64,000 nucleotides of DNA from Candidatus Komeilibacteria bacterium. GTDB taxonomy: Bacteria > Patescibacteriota > Patescibacteriia > UBA1558 > 2-01-FULL-52-15. The translations under genes were made by a program, and so were the position numbers. Shown in pieces: positions 45,073 to 54,884 of this stretch. The stretch is taken from NCBI GenBank assembly GCA_043801745.1, contig JAZDLR010000022.1, positions 65,960 to 129,959 on the forward strand, written 5' to 3'. Below the pieces are notes generated by a model. The model was not told the DNA's origin. It did no database searches and saw nothing but the letters and a program-made list of their open reading frames with translations. Numbering within the stretch: the stretch's first letter is position 1; each line of letters starts with the position of its first letter.

Positions 45073-45882
45073 TTATTTGATCTCGTAATTTAAGCTAACC
45101 TGCACATAGACTTCGTTGGTACCCGGTTCAATCGTGGGAGCAGGAACTGCCACGCCGCCACCCATACCAGTGGCTTTGTCCATGGCATACATCGGCTGGT
45201 TAGTATAAGGCTGAGTGTTTTCGTAATAGCTCATCAAACGGCCCAATTTGAACCCCGCATTATCGGCAATAGCTTTAGCGTTATCTTTCGCTTGCTTGAG
45301 AGCAATTTTCCTGGCATCGGCTAAAAAATTCTGGGGATTATCCACGGTAAATTGCAGATTACCAACCTGGTTTAAACCATTATCACCGGCTAACTGAATA
45401 ATTGCCTGGGCCTTAGAGGTGTCTCGCAACGTCACGTCAATATTTTGACTAACTGTGAATCCGCGTGGCACTTGCCGGCCATCAACATAATCATAAGTCG
45501 GGTTAACACTAAAATTGGAGGTCTTAATATCCTTGGCGTCAACCTTTTCTTTCTTAACCGCGGCAATAAAAGTATTCATCTTATCGGTGTTATCCTTTTG
45601 CGCTTCGGCTACCGTGTTCTTGGTCACAGTATAACCAAAGGAAACTTTGGCCACATCAGGCACGGCCTGCACTTTCCCTTCACCTGTCACGCTAATCGTG
45701 GGCTGGTAATCCGGCGATTTACCCACGTAATTTAATTCGCGTAGCTTAACAATTCCGCCCATGAGCAGAAAGAAAGAGGCTGTGATAATCAGCAGCGCCT
45801 TTTGCCAATGAGACATATGACAACAATTTTCCATAATTTTTTTGTTAATAGTAATTAAAAGTTGTAAATTGTCCCGCCACAT
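45073..45882 (-). CDS. SIMPL (DUF541) domain periplasmic protein
   Basis: ISVTGEGKVQAVPDVAKVSFGYT matches the SIMPL signature. Real start probably the internal Met (MSHWQKALLII) giving a signal anchor. Confidence 0.65.
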   Translation of the reverse strand: MWRDNLQLLITINKKIMENCCHMSHWQKALLIITASFFLLMGGIVKLRELNYVGKSPDYQPTISVTGEGKVQAVPDVAKVSFGYTVTKNTVAEAQKDNTDKMNTFIAAVKKEKVDAKDIKTSNFSVNPTYDYVDGRQVPRGFTVSQNIDVTLRDTSKAQAIIQLAGDNGLNQVGNLQFTVDNPQNFLADARKIALKQAKDNAKAIADNAGFKLGRLMSYYENTQPYTNQPMYAMDKATGMGGGVAVPAPTIEPGTNEVYVQVSLNYEIK

Positions 45883-45955
45883 CTATTCATTCTAATGAAG
45901 GCGGGATCCCGCCAAAGGCGGTGAAAAGTTGTAAGTTGTAAGTTATTTAACCTTC

Positions 45956-47116
45956 CTATTTCATTAAAGCCTTCAGAGCTGGCCAGTCGGACTTTTCCAA
46001 CAAACTTAGCATGGCTCCGCCGCCGGTGGAAACAAAGTGCAAAGTATCTTCCAGACGCGATTGTAATACGGCCTTAACCGTCTCTCCTCCACCGACATAA
46101 GCTTGAGCCTGCGACTGTGACAAAATCTGGATCAGATCGCGTGTGCTGGCACCATAGCGCCGGTCTTCGAAATAGCCCAAGGGTCCGTTCCAGATCACTG
46201 TCTTGGCCTGACGGATTACTTTAGCAAACAGCTCTACCGTATCAGGTCCAATATCATAAATGATCTCATTACTGTGAACCTGTGCCACCGCGGTTAAACG
46301 GCTCTTATCAGCCAGTGATGTAGCTACACGTACATCAACCGGAAGTTTTAATTTATTGCTGTAAATGTACTGATGTAATAACTTAACATCCTTATCCACC
46401 AAAGATTTACCAACTTCAAAATCCCGCGCTTGCAAAACATTATTAGCCAAAGCGCCGCCTAATAAAATGTAATCAACTTTGGACAGTAAAATCTTCAATA
46501 AACCCAATTTGGAACTTATCTTGGCTCCGCCCAAGACTGCCACCACCGGCCGCTTACTGCGGGACAAAACCTTATACAGAACCTTGACTTCATATTCCAA
46601 CAAAAATCCGGCATAGCTGGGTAAATATTTGGTCACGCCAACAGTTGAAGCGTGCGTGCGCTGAATAACGCCAAAGGCATCGTTGACATAGATATCTGCC
46701 AGCTTGGCTAAAATCTTGGCAAATTTCGGATCATTCTTCTCCTCACCCGGATACCAGCGGATATTTTCCAGAGCTACTATCTGTCCCTCTTCCAACTTCT
46801 TACTTCTAACTTCTAACTTCCCCGGTTTTTCAGGCCATAATTCAATCTTCCGGCCCACCATTTGGCTGAATTTACAGACAATGGGCTTCAGGCTGGTTGC
46901 CGCTACCTTCTTGCCGTTTGGACGGCCAAAATGTGACACAATAATAACTTTGGCTCCGTGCTCGGCTAAATGCTCTACTGTATGAATAGAGGCCCGTAGT
47001 TTCCATAAATCCGAGGCCTCCAGATGGCCTTGCTGCACCGGAGCATTAAGATCCAGCCGGATCAATACCCGCTTACCGCGTACTGCTTTTAAATCTTGTA
47101 AAGTCCGTAATTTCAT
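45956..47116 (-). CDS. pgk: phosphoglycerate kinase
   Basis: Full-length Pgk; RLDLNAPV, FGVIQRTHASTVGV and GGGAML.. region. Confidence 0.95.
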   Translation of the reverse strand: MKLRTLQDLKAVRGKRVLIRLDLNAPVQQGHLEASDLWKLRASIHTVEHLAEHGAKVIIVSHFGRPNGKKVAATSLKPIVCKFSQMVGRKIELWPEKPGKLEVRSKKLEEGQIVALENIRWYPGEEKNDPKFAKILAKLADIYVNDAFGVIQRTHASTVGVTKYLPSYAGFLLEYEVKVLYKVLSRSKRPVVAVLGGAKISSKLGLLKILLSKVDYILLGGALANNVLQARDFEVGKSLVDKDVKLLHQYIYSNKLKLPVDVRVATSLADKSRLTAVAQVHSNEIIYDIGPDTVELFAKVIRQAKTVIWNGPLGYFEDRRYGASTRDLIQILSQSQAQAYVGGGETVKAVLQSRLEDTLHFVSTGGGAMLSLLEKSDWPALKALMK

Positions 47117-47595
47117 AAATTTGCTAAATCAACATAAGTAACTGCCGGATCAGATAAAATATCACACAACGGCTGATAAGACGATTCGCCAATCAGATAA
47201 TCAAAAAGCCAGGAATCAGGATACAAAATAACACCTTTGGCCGCGTAAGCCGCGACCTGTTCAGCTGTCGGCTGGCTGCGGAAACTAATGACTAATTTCA
47301 GCTTATCAGCCTGGGATAATTGAGCCTGGCGCAGACCAGGACTGGCCTTACCGGTATGACAGCGTAAATTATCGCCCAACTCGGCTTGGGCTGAGGGTTT
47401 CAGGCTGGCCGGGAAAAAATAGGTAGTTAAGCCCGAAGCAATTAAAATCAATAGAAAAAATGTAAATACTTGCTGCCGTAAAAGCGAAAGAAAAAACCGC
47501 TTCACCCCGTTAGAGATGCCTTGCGGGTGATTTTGTAAAGATTTTTTTGGGGTAGAATAAATATAACCGCCTTTGACCTCTCTAACGGGGTTCAT
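47113..47595 (-). CDS. hypothetical membrane-anchored protein (start uncertain)
   Basis: 160 aa ORF. Its first ~25 codons are made from an IR repeat element (47515-47590), so translation probably begins later. TM VFTFFLLILIASGLTTYFF. Confidence 0.35.
   Translation of the reverse strand: MNPVREVKGGYIYSTPKKSLQNHPQGISNGVKRFFLSLLRQQVFTFFLLILIASGLTTYFFPASLKPSAQAELGDNLRCHTGKASPGLRQAQLSQADKLKLVISFRSQPTAEQVAAYAAKGVILYPDSWLFDYLIGESSYQPLCDILSDPAVTYVDLANL
47515..47590. promoter_or_regulatory. second copy of the CCCCGTTAGAGA ... TCTCTAACGGGG inverted-repeat pair (52-nt interior)
   Basis: 47515-47526 and 47579-47590. Interior sequence is unrelated to the copy at 35855-35952. Confidence 0.35.
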
Positions 47596-47659
47596 ATGTG
47601 GTTATTATAACAGAAAAAATCAGATACGACTACTTATAATTCCAACCTCCGATTTAGAG

Positions 47660-47890
47660 ACTGGAACAACAATATCTCCTTCTTCCGGCACCGGACATTC
47701 CTCGTGAGATGGATCACAAGGATCTCCTCCAGGAGGCGGTGTTTAGACTATAGTATGTTTCTTCACTCTCTGATTCGTATGATCGTAGACGTATTCAGTA
47801 TGGTCAAGTGAGCCATCCTGCTGGCCACGGGTTCGATTAATGATGGTACCGGGTCAATGGAAATTATTGGTAGCTCTAAAGGTGCGAGCT
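47660..47890 (-). pseudogene. degenerate, scrambled remnant of an Rhs C-terminal cassette (handle plus linker fragments)
   Basis: 47675-47840 aligns to the cassette handle (encodes ...DHTEYVYDHTNQRVKKHTIV*TPPPGGDPCDPSHEECP with in-frame stop and decayed 5' part). 47845-47890 matches the cassette-1 linker (compare 54270-54320). Order is reversed relative to intact cassettes. Confidence 0.5.
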
Positions 47891-48108
47891 TATATAATAT
47901 CAGCATTCTCTACTAAATCCTTCGGTAATTTTTTACTAGCACCAATAATCTCCAACCCAACTAAAATGCCGCAATCATCAAAATCTAAATTGATCATGCC
48001 ATCAATTTCTTTTGGATCACATGGATAAGTTTTTGATACTTTACCACCCGGATCCTGAAAATATATGTACGCCGCATCGACGCTCTTGTCATAACTTACT
48101 TTTATCAT
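47890..48108 (-). CDS. DUF2283 family small protein (possible immunity/antitoxin-like partner of cassette 3)
   Basis: 72 aa. MIKVSYDKSVDAAYIYFQDP...GMINLDFDDCGILVGLEI fits the DUF2283 pattern (KIxYDxEADALYIxL). Confidence 0.55.
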   Translation of the reverse strand: MIKVSYDKSVDAAYIYFQDPGGKVSKTYPCDPKEIDGMINLDFDDCGILVGLEIIGASKKLPKDLVENADII

Positions 48109-48111
48109 AAA

Positions 48112-49818
48112 TTATTTTGTTAAACTATTAATATATTTACTGGTTACATCGGTAATAACAGTTATAACGTTGCCAGTTGCTTTTTCTTGACCTATAAATA
48201 TTTTGGTCGTAGCATCATAATAACCAAGCTTTACAATGCCTTCGTGAATATACTCAAAGGGTTTAATGTTGTTTAACACATTAATTACTTTACTCTCATT
48301 ACCGATTCCAATCTTCTGAGCAATTCTAGCTACAGAATGGGTCGAAAAGTTATAATCACTCGACCTCAAATTCTGCGCCACCTGGTTCATCTTTTGACCA
48401 AGCGCCGAACCGTATTGTTGGGTATAATCGATTACATTTTTTGCATCTGCGGCTGCTGACCCACAAAATCCCAAACAACCAGTACCGGCACCTCCTAAGA
48501 ATTCAATACTCAGGTATGTTAATCCGGCAGCAGCTCCATAAGCCACTGCTCCACTCGCAACCCCAACCACTACACCAGTAGCTACCGGGTGATCCATGGC
48601 ATTCTTCCAAACACCACTAGTATCATACATCTGCTGTGCAGCTTGACCCAACTCAACCTGAAAGTCATTGAAAGATTGTCTGCCAGTAAATATTTCCTTC
48701 CACCAGTGACCATCAGGATCAACAATAATAACCGGATTATTGCGAGAGTAGGCGTAACTATTTAGAGCTTGGGGATCTGAAAGAAGTTGCTTTAGTTTAG
48801 ATCCCGTTTTCTCCTGAACTCTTTGGTCACTAGCAATTTGAAGCATGAAAGGGTCTATGCTCGCGAACCTTCCAATGGAATTGTCATAATACCTGGCTCC
48901 GAAGTACTGTAGATTAGTCTCATTATCCAACTCCTTCCCCGTAAACTTATAGTTATTGCCTATATCAGTAGTGACATTTGTGAAAGCTTCACTGCCATAA
49001 GGGTAATAATCACTTACTTCGGTTATTGTGCCGGAGCTGTCAGTTATCAAAGAACTAGAACCTAAATGATCTCCCAGAACATAGAAAATACCAATAGGTG
49101 ATCCAGAGAGATTATCCGTGGCCAGCTTTATATTACCAAGAAAGTAGTGATTCTTGGAAGAGCCATTAAACTGCGTCTCATAGTACTTATCTATGTAGTA
49201 AGTAGCTGCATCTTGTGCAGCAGGCATTGATTCAGGTTCAATGGGGGCTTGAATCCTATCGGGTGTAGATGTCGCAGTTTCTGGGGTACTGGTTGCTATT
49301 GGCTCAATAACTACAGGTAATGGTTCAATTATGGGATCAGTAATGACAGGATCGGTAGAAGTGGCAACAGAAGGAGCAAGGAGTAAGGAGTCAGCCGCCT
49401 TGTCGAGTACGACAAGTCGCGGCAAGGAAGTAAGGGAATTGTCCACGGTTTGAATGGTAACATCGGAGCTTAGAGAATCTACTGTCTCGTCCACCCCTAC
49501 TCCATTCTCCATACTATTTACTCCTAACTGATCATCAAGACTACCATCTACTGGAGTAAGCAACTTCGGCTCTGGCTTAGTAACAACCGGCTCTAACGGC
49601 ACTACAATACTCTGCTGTTCCGGAACCGGACATTCCTCGTGAGAAGGGTCACAAGGATCGCCTCCAGGAGGAGCTTCATAGATTATGGTGTGTTTCTTGA
49701 CTCTTTGATTCGTATGATCATAGACATATTCGGTGTGATCGGCTGATCCGTCCAGAGTACTTCCAGTCATGCGATCTCGCCAGTCGTAGTTTAGAGTATC
49801 GGAATTGATAAACCTCAC
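48112..49818 (-). CDS. orphan Rhs C-terminal cassette 3 (handle, linker, Rhs-core C-terminal ~170 aa, DPDG, toxin tip 3)
   Basis: Starts inside the conserved handle (MRFINSDTLNYDWRDRMTGSTLDGSADHTEYVYDHTNQRVKKHTIIYEAPPGGDPCDPSHEECPVPEQQ). Core end YFGARYYDNSIGRFASIDP...NPVIIVDPDGHW, followed by a ~200-aa tip unrelated to the other tips. Confidence 0.75.
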   Translation of the reverse strand: MRFINSDTLNYDWRDRMTGSTLDGSADHTEYVYDHTNQRVKKHTIIYEAPPGGDPCDPSHEECPVPEQQSIVVPLEPVVTKPEPKLLTPVDGSLDDQLGVNSMENGVGVDETVDSLSSDVTIQTVDNSLTSLPRLVVLDKAADSLLLAPSVATSTDPVITDPIIEPLPVVIEPIATSTPETATSTPDRIQAPIEPESMPAAQDAATYYIDKYYETQFNGSSKNHYFLGNIKLATDNLSGSPIGIFYVLGDHLGSSSLITDSSGTITEVSDYYPYGSEAFTNVTTDIGNNYKFTGKELDNETNLQYFGARYYDNSIGRFASIDPFMLQIASDQRVQEKTGSKLKQLLSDPQALNSYAYSRNNPVIIVDPDGHWWKEIFTGRQSFNDFQVELGQAAQQMYDTSGVWKNAMDHPVATGVVVGVASGAVAYGAAAGLTYLSIEFLGGAGTGCLGFCGSAAADAKNVIDYTQQYGSALGQKMNQVAQNLRSSDYNFSTHSVARIAQKIGIGNESKVINVLNNIKPFEYIHEGIVKLGYYDATTKIFIGQEKATGNVITVITDVTSKYINSLTK

Positions 49819-49889
49819 ATTACCGTTATTATCGTAGGATAAGGTGTCGGAACCGGCTGTGCGGGCTTGGTGGGGGTTATGTCAAAGAG

Positions 49890-50579
49890 CTAGTGTTTCC
49901 TTAACTTCACAAAGAACCAGATTGCTATACCTAGAATAACAAGATTAACGGTCAGTTGACCCGTTACAAATCCCAGAGAATAATCATTATTACTAGTCTG
50001 TATTTGATAAATCAGTTTCGTGAATTGCAAAATAGTGCTGGGCAAAATAGCTACAGCTACGACAATGCAAATGAATCGCCAAAATTTAGTTCCAAAGGAT
50101 TTTCTTCTATTTCTTAATCCCTTTTGTAAATTTGAGATCGCTATATCCTTTAAATCAAAAGTACTTGTACCTGATAGGAATCCCCTGAGATCAATCTTTT
50201 GAGAAAGGGCATCAATAAATCGATCTTTTGTTTCAAAATACTTATTTAGGTCTACGTCTCGACTAATTAAATCCTGTAGCTTCTTCCTTCTAACGCTAAA
50301 CTCATTTTCTCCTAAAGGAGAGCTAAGTAATAGAATATCCGCCAGTATACTTGAATCCCCCCTAAGAAACCTAACCGCCTCATCTCTACTCTTTGCGACT
50401 GCAAAAGTTTGATTATTATTTTCAATAAAATCTTCTTGGATACGAATCGTGACATCTCTAAATTCGTTTGGCCACCCAGACAATATTTGCCAGAAGGTTT
50501 TTTTATCAATATTCGGTTCTTTATCCAAAATATCAATAATTATCTTGAGACATTCCGCTTTTGCATTATCAAAGGTCAT
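49890..50579 (-). CDS. putative immunity protein for tip 2 (C-terminal membrane anchor)
   Basis: 229 aa. C-terminal 70 aa (FGTKFWRFICIVVAVAILPSTILQFTKLIYQIQTSNNDYSLGFVTGQLTVNLVILGIAIWFFVKLRKH) homologous to the C-terminus of 52384..52995. Position immediately downstream of cassette 2. Confidence 0.55.
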   Translation of the reverse strand: MTFDNAKAECLKIIIDILDKEPNIDKKTFWQILSGWPNEFRDVTIRIQEDFIENNNQTFAVAKSRDEAVRFLRGDSSILADILLLSSPLGENEFSVRRKKLQDLISRDVDLNKYFETKDRFIDALSQKIDLRGFLSGTSTFDLKDIAISNLQKGLRNRRKSFGTKFWRFICIVVAVAILPSTILQFTKLIYQIQTSNNDYSLGFVTGQLTVNLVILGIAIWFFVKLRKH

Positions 50580-50581
50580 AT

Positions 50582-52264
50582 CTATTTACCTTTAAGCTTA
50601 TTAAACAAATCACTTAATGTAAAATGATGGAGATTCACTGGTATATTTTTGCCAAGAATATTCATGCTAAAATCTGCATCGACATGGAATGTTTTGGCGC
50701 CACCATCAGTAAACGCATGGCGGTCAAGACTAATTACTCGCTGTTTAGCTAAATTGCCCGGCTTCTCAAGATCACGCAAGATCAAACCGCCACCGCCACC
50801 CTTATAGGGATCTGCCGCCAGCTGATACCTTTCTCCTGTAAACTTTAAACCTTGACTGTCAAGTTGGGTAGTAATCTTACTAGATTTCGATACTCCTTCA
50901 GCGATAAGGAAAGTGTCAAACGCAGCACCGCCTACCGCCTGTCCCTGGGTGTAGTCGTCAGCCGCAAGAAATTCTTTAGCTTGCATAGCGAGACCGGTGC
51001 GTATCTCTCCAATAGTCTGGTTCGGATTCTGAGCGATATCGTGCGATAATTGGCTACCCTGCTTATAACCTTCTGCCACTAAATTACCTATTGACTTTGC
51101 CGTATCAATAGGATGAGTAATGGCGACACCAGTCTGATATGCTCTAACTGCGGCTCCGACTAATAATCCCTTGCCAAAATCCACGTCTGTATTCCCATCC
51201 GGATCCACCAATACTATCGGGTTTCCTCTACTATAAAGATAGCTATGTAATCTCTGCGGATCAGACAGAACTTTGGTCAGTTTATTTACATTGAGATTGT
51301 AAGGATCAATACTGGTAAAATAACCAGCGGTTTGATTATAATACCTGGCGCCAAAATAGGAAAGGTTGGTTTCGGTATCTAGTTCTTTACCGGTATACTT
51401 ATGATTATCACCAATGTTGGTCGTGGTATTGCTATAGGATATCGTTCCATACGGATAATAATCAGTTGTATCAATAATCTGACCACTGGTGTCAGTAGTT
51501 ATAGAGCTCGATCCCAAATGATCCGAGAGATCATAATAAATACCTGTATTAGAGCCATTTAGGACATCTGTGGCAAGTTTAATATTACCCAGGAAGTAGA
51601 AATTACGAGCAGCTCCGCTATATTCTTTTTCATAATACTTATCAATATAATAGGTGGCACTATCTTCGCTGGCAGGAATAGAGTTTAATTCAATAGGAAT
51701 CTGTAGTCTATCCGGAGTTGAGGTGGCTTCAGTATCATCTAATGGAGGTAATACTATATCGTCAGTACTAGTAGCAATAATCTCGGGCGTTGAGGTGGCT
51801 AGCGGATCGGGCAAGATAATAATATCTGGGGTAGTAGTAGCTAACGGCTCAACTAACGGTGTTACTGGGTCAATAGTAATTAGTGGAACTTCAATACGCT
51901 GCTCGTCAGAAGGCAAATCTGATGCCTCGTCCCCATCTGATACTGCTTCGGTTTTAATACTTTGCGCCACAACCTCTCCAACCCCTAACTCCTTACTTCC
52001 AACTTCTAACTCCTGATTTATCCCATCATCAAGACTACCGTCGATTGGAATCGGTAGCTTGGGATCAGGCGTTTCAACAATCGGCTCAACCGGTACAACA
52101 ATACTCTGCTGCTCTGGCACCGGACATTCTTCGTGAGACGGATCACAAGGGTCACCTCCCGGAGGCGGTGTATAGACAATCGTGTGTTTCTTAACTCTCT
52201 GATTCGTATGATCATAGACGTATTCGGTATGATCGGCCGAGCCGTCCAGAGTACTGCCAGTCAT
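50582..52264 (-). CDS. orphan Rhs C-terminal cassette 2
   Basis: Begins MTGSTLDGSADHTEYVYDHTNQRVKKHTIVYTPPPGGDPCDPSHEECPVPEQQ. Core end NPIVLVDPDGNT. Tip (HPIDTAKSIGNLVAEGYKQG...NPNQTIGEIRTGL...) is homologous to tip 1. Confidence 0.75.
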   Translation of the reverse strand: MTGSTLDGSADHTEYVYDHTNQRVKKHTIVYTPPPGGDPCDPSHEECPVPEQQSIVVPVEPIVETPDPKLPIPIDGSLDDGINQELEVGSKELGVGEVVAQSIKTEAVSDGDEASDLPSDEQRIEVPLITIDPVTPLVEPLATTTPDIIILPDPLATSTPEIIATSTDDIVLPPLDDTEATSTPDRLQIPIELNSIPASEDSATYYIDKYYEKEYSGAARNFYFLGNIKLATDVLNGSNTGIYYDLSDHLGSSSITTDTSGQIIDTTDYYPYGTISYSNTTTNIGDNHKYTGKELDTETNLSYFGARYYNQTAGYFTSIDPYNLNVNKLTKVLSDPQRLHSYLYSRGNPIVLVDPDGNTDVDFGKGLLVGAAVRAYQTGVAITHPIDTAKSIGNLVAEGYKQGSQLSHDIAQNPNQTIGEIRTGLAMQAKEFLAADDYTQGQAVGGAAFDTFLIAEGVSKSSKITTQLDSQGLKFTGERYQLAADPYKGGGGGLILRDLEKPGNLAKQRVISLDRHAFTDGGAKTFHVDADFSMNILGKNIPVNLHHFTLSDLFNKLKGK

Positions 52265-52383
52265 CAGGTCGCGCCAGTCGTAATTTAAGGTATCGGAATT
52301 GATAAACCGAACGTTACCGTTATTATCATAAGATAAGGTGTCAGAACCGGCTGTGCGGGCTTGGTGGGGGTTATGTCAAAAAA

Positions 52384-52995
52384 CTAGTGTTTCTTTAATT
52401 TCACAAAGAACCAGATTGCTAATCCAATAATAACCAGATTAACGGAAAGTTGACCCGTTGCAAATCCGAGGGAATAATCATTATCGCTTTTCTGAATTAA
52501 ATATGTCAGTTTAAATAATTGCAAAATTGTACTAGGCAATATAGCTACAACTACAACAACACAAATAAATCGCCAAAATTTAATTCCAAAAGATTTCCCT
52601 TTCGATTTTAACAAATGGTCCGTGTTATTTGCTAATTCAGGATCCTCAAGAGCTTGTTTAAGTAACGTTTTGAACTCATCGTATGAGTCAAATAATTGAT
52701 CAAAAAAATTAGATCCATTGATTATCCTGATGATTTTTTTTCTAAGTTTAAGATATTGACTCCTGTCAAGCTGGTCGGATTCATCCAATATAAAATATTC
52801 AGCTAAAATTTCCGGGGTTTTTCCCAATAGATTGATATCCTGAAGCTCGACTTGATTGATCAATTCGGTCAAATCTGCTTTTACTGAATTATCAATATCC
52901 AATCTAAATAAATCCTCAAATAAATTTGCAGAATTAATATCTCTTGATTTAATTACAGAAAGAAGCCATTCTTTAAATTTTTTCACATCACTCAT
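52384..52995 (-). CDS. putative immunity protein for tip 1 (C-terminal membrane anchor)
   Basis: 203 aa; C-terminal FGIKFWRFICVVVVVAILPSTILQLFKLTYLIQKSDNDYSLGFATGQLSVNLVIIGLAIWFFVKLKKH. Confidence 0.55.
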   Translation of the reverse strand: MSDVKKFKEWLLSVIKSRDINSANLFEDLFRLDIDNSVKADLTELINQVELQDINLLGKTPEILAEYFILDESDQLDRSQYLKLRKKIIRIINGSNFFDQLFDSYDEFKTLLKQALEDPELANNTDHLLKSKGKSFGIKFWRFICVVVVVAILPSTILQLFKLTYLIQKSDNDYSLGFATGQLSVNLVIIGLAIWFFVKLKKH

Positions 52996-52996
52996 A

Positions 52997-54739
52997 TTAT
53001 TTTTTTAACAATTTATCAATCACTCCCCAAGGAAAGTGGTTAACAATTTTGTTGCCATTTAATAATAGGTCAAGATGAGGCAAAGGCAGCTGAATACTTC
53101 CAACGGGAACATTATGGACATCAGCTCCTAAAACTCTAGTCTTATAATAATTACCTTTTACCTCAAAATCTCTGAGCGATACCCCTGCTCCCTTTGCCCC
53201 TTTAAATAAATCTCCACTCACTCCAAATCTTTCACCCTTTAAACCGACGGAGGCTCCTTGCTTATAAGCCTGAATGTCTCCCGATTTTTCGATTCCTTTT
53301 GCCATTAGGGCTGCATTACCGACAACATTTCCAACAGCCAACCCTTTCTCATAATCCGATTTATCCATGAATTCGTTATAATTCATGTTTAAGCCCGCCC
53401 TTATCTCTCCGAATGTCTGGCTGGGATTCGCAGCTATGTCACGTCCAAGAGAAACAGCACCCTCAACTCCGGCTTTAAGAGTATTACCGACGGATTTTGC
53501 TGTATTAATTGGATGCACTATTGATTCAACCGTTCCAACTCCAAAATTAACTACAGCCTGTCCGACACCTATTGAATATCCACCTAGGTATTCCACAGGG
53601 GTATTTCCATCCGGATCCACCAATACTACTGGATTCCCCCTGCTATAAAGATAACTATGTAATCTCTGGGGATCAGACAGAACCTTGGTCAGTTTATCCA
53701 CATTGAGATTGTAAGAATCAATACTGGTAAAATAACCAGCGGTTTGATTATAATACCTGGCGCCGAAATAGGAAAGGTTAGTCTCACCATCGAGCTCTTT
53801 ACCGGTATATTTATGATTATCACCAATGTTGGTCGTGGTATTGCTATAGGATATCGTCCCATACGGATAATAATCAGTTGTACCAGTAATCTGGCCACTA
53901 GTGTCAGTGGTTAGAGAACTCGATCCTAGGTGATCCGAGAGATCATAATAAATACCTGTATTAGAGCCATTTAGTACGTCCGTGGCTAGTTTAATATTCC
54001 CCAAGAAGTAAAAGTTTCGAGAAGCTCCGTTATATTCCTTTTCATAGTACTTATCTATGTAGTAAGTAGCCGTATCCTGCACGGCTGGCATTGAATTCAG
54101 CTCAATAGGAGTTTGAATTCTGTCTGTCGTAGATGTGGCTTCCGTATCATCTAATGGAGGTAATACTATATCATCAGTACTGGTAGCTATATCCTCTATT
54201 GGGGATTCTATTATTTCTGGGGTAGTCGTAGTAATGGTATCTGGAGTGGAACTAGCCACAGGCTCAATCAATGATGGTACTGGGTCAATGAAAATTGTAG
54301 GTAGCTCTAAAGGCGCAGGATCCTCAATAGTACCTACCTCATCTCCGGACTCATCTACAGCATCCGCCACCTGAACAGTCTGTGCTTCAACACTTTCTCC
54401 TTGCTCCATACTTCCTACTCCTGACTGATCATCAAGACTACCATCTACCGGAGTAAGTAACTTCGGTTCTGGCTTAGTAACAACCGGCTCTAACGGCACT
54501 ATAATAGTCTGCTGTTCAGGTACTGGACACTCTTCATGAGATGGGTCACAAGGGTCACCTCCCGGAGGCGGTGTATAGACAATCGTGTGTTTCTTAACTC
54601 TCTGATTCGTATGATCATAGACATATTCTGTGTGATCGGCCGAGCCGTCCAGAGTACTGCCAGTCATCCGGTCGCGCCAGTCGTAATTTAGAGTATCGGA
54701 ATTGATAAACCTTACGTTACCGTTATTATCATATGACAA
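52997..54739 (-). CDS. orphan Rhs C-terminal cassette 1
   Basis: Begins MSYDNNGNVRFINSDTLNYDWRDRMTGSTLDGSADHTEYVYDHTNQRVKKHTIVYTPPPGGDPCDPSHEECPVPEQQ. Core end NPVVLVDPDGNT. Tip HPINTAKSVGNTLKAGVEGAVSLGRDIAANPSQTFGEIRAGL... Confidence 0.75.
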   Translation of the reverse strand: MSYDNNGNVRFINSDTLNYDWRDRMTGSTLDGSADHTEYVYDHTNQRVKKHTIVYTPPPGGDPCDPSHEECPVPEQQTIIVPLEPVVTKPEPKLLTPVDGSLDDQSGVGSMEQGESVEAQTVQVADAVDESGDEVGTIEDPAPLELPTIFIDPVPSLIEPVASSTPDTITTTTPEIIESPIEDIATSTDDIVLPPLDDTEATSTTDRIQTPIELNSMPAVQDTATYYIDKYYEKEYNGASRNFYFLGNIKLATDVLNGSNTGIYYDLSDHLGSSSLTTDTSGQITGTTDYYPYGTISYSNTTTNIGDNHKYTGKELDGETNLSYFGARYYNQTAGYFTSIDSYNLNVDKLTKVLSDPQRLHSYLYSRGNPVVLVDPDGNTPVEYLGGYSIGVGQAVVNFGVGTVESIVHPINTAKSVGNTLKAGVEGAVSLGRDIAANPSQTFGEIRAGLNMNYNEFMDKSDYEKGLAVGNVVGNAALMAKGIEKSGDIQAYKQGASVGLKGERFGVSGDLFKGAKGAGVSLRDFEVKGNYYKTRVLGADVHNVPVGSIQLPLPHLDLLLNGNKIVNHFPWGVIDKLLKK

Positions 54740-54784
54740 GGTGTCAGAACCGGCTGTGCGGGCTTGGTGGGGGTTATGTCAAAG

Positions 54785-54884
54785 AACTAGCGTTTCCTTA
54801 ACTTCACAAAGAACCAAATTGCTAATCCAATGATCACAACATTGACTGTAAATTCGCCAATTATTAATCCCGGTACTGAATCGG
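54785..54884 (-). pseudogene. remnant of the TM-anchored immunity gene C-terminus
   Basis: Minus strand encodes ...GLIIGEFTVNVVIIGLAIWFFVKLRK*, matching the last ~25 aa of the 203/229-aa immunity proteins, followed by the handle sequence. No upstream ORF body. Confidence 0.4.

Noticed and set aside
46790-46825. Heptamer microrepeat inside pgk as an in-frame insertion
   Set aside because: The encoded KLEVRSKKLEEG aligns with the normal Pgk loop (compare DEVKKAVEELKEG in other Pgk sequences). It is native sequence that happens to be repeat-like, not an inserted element.
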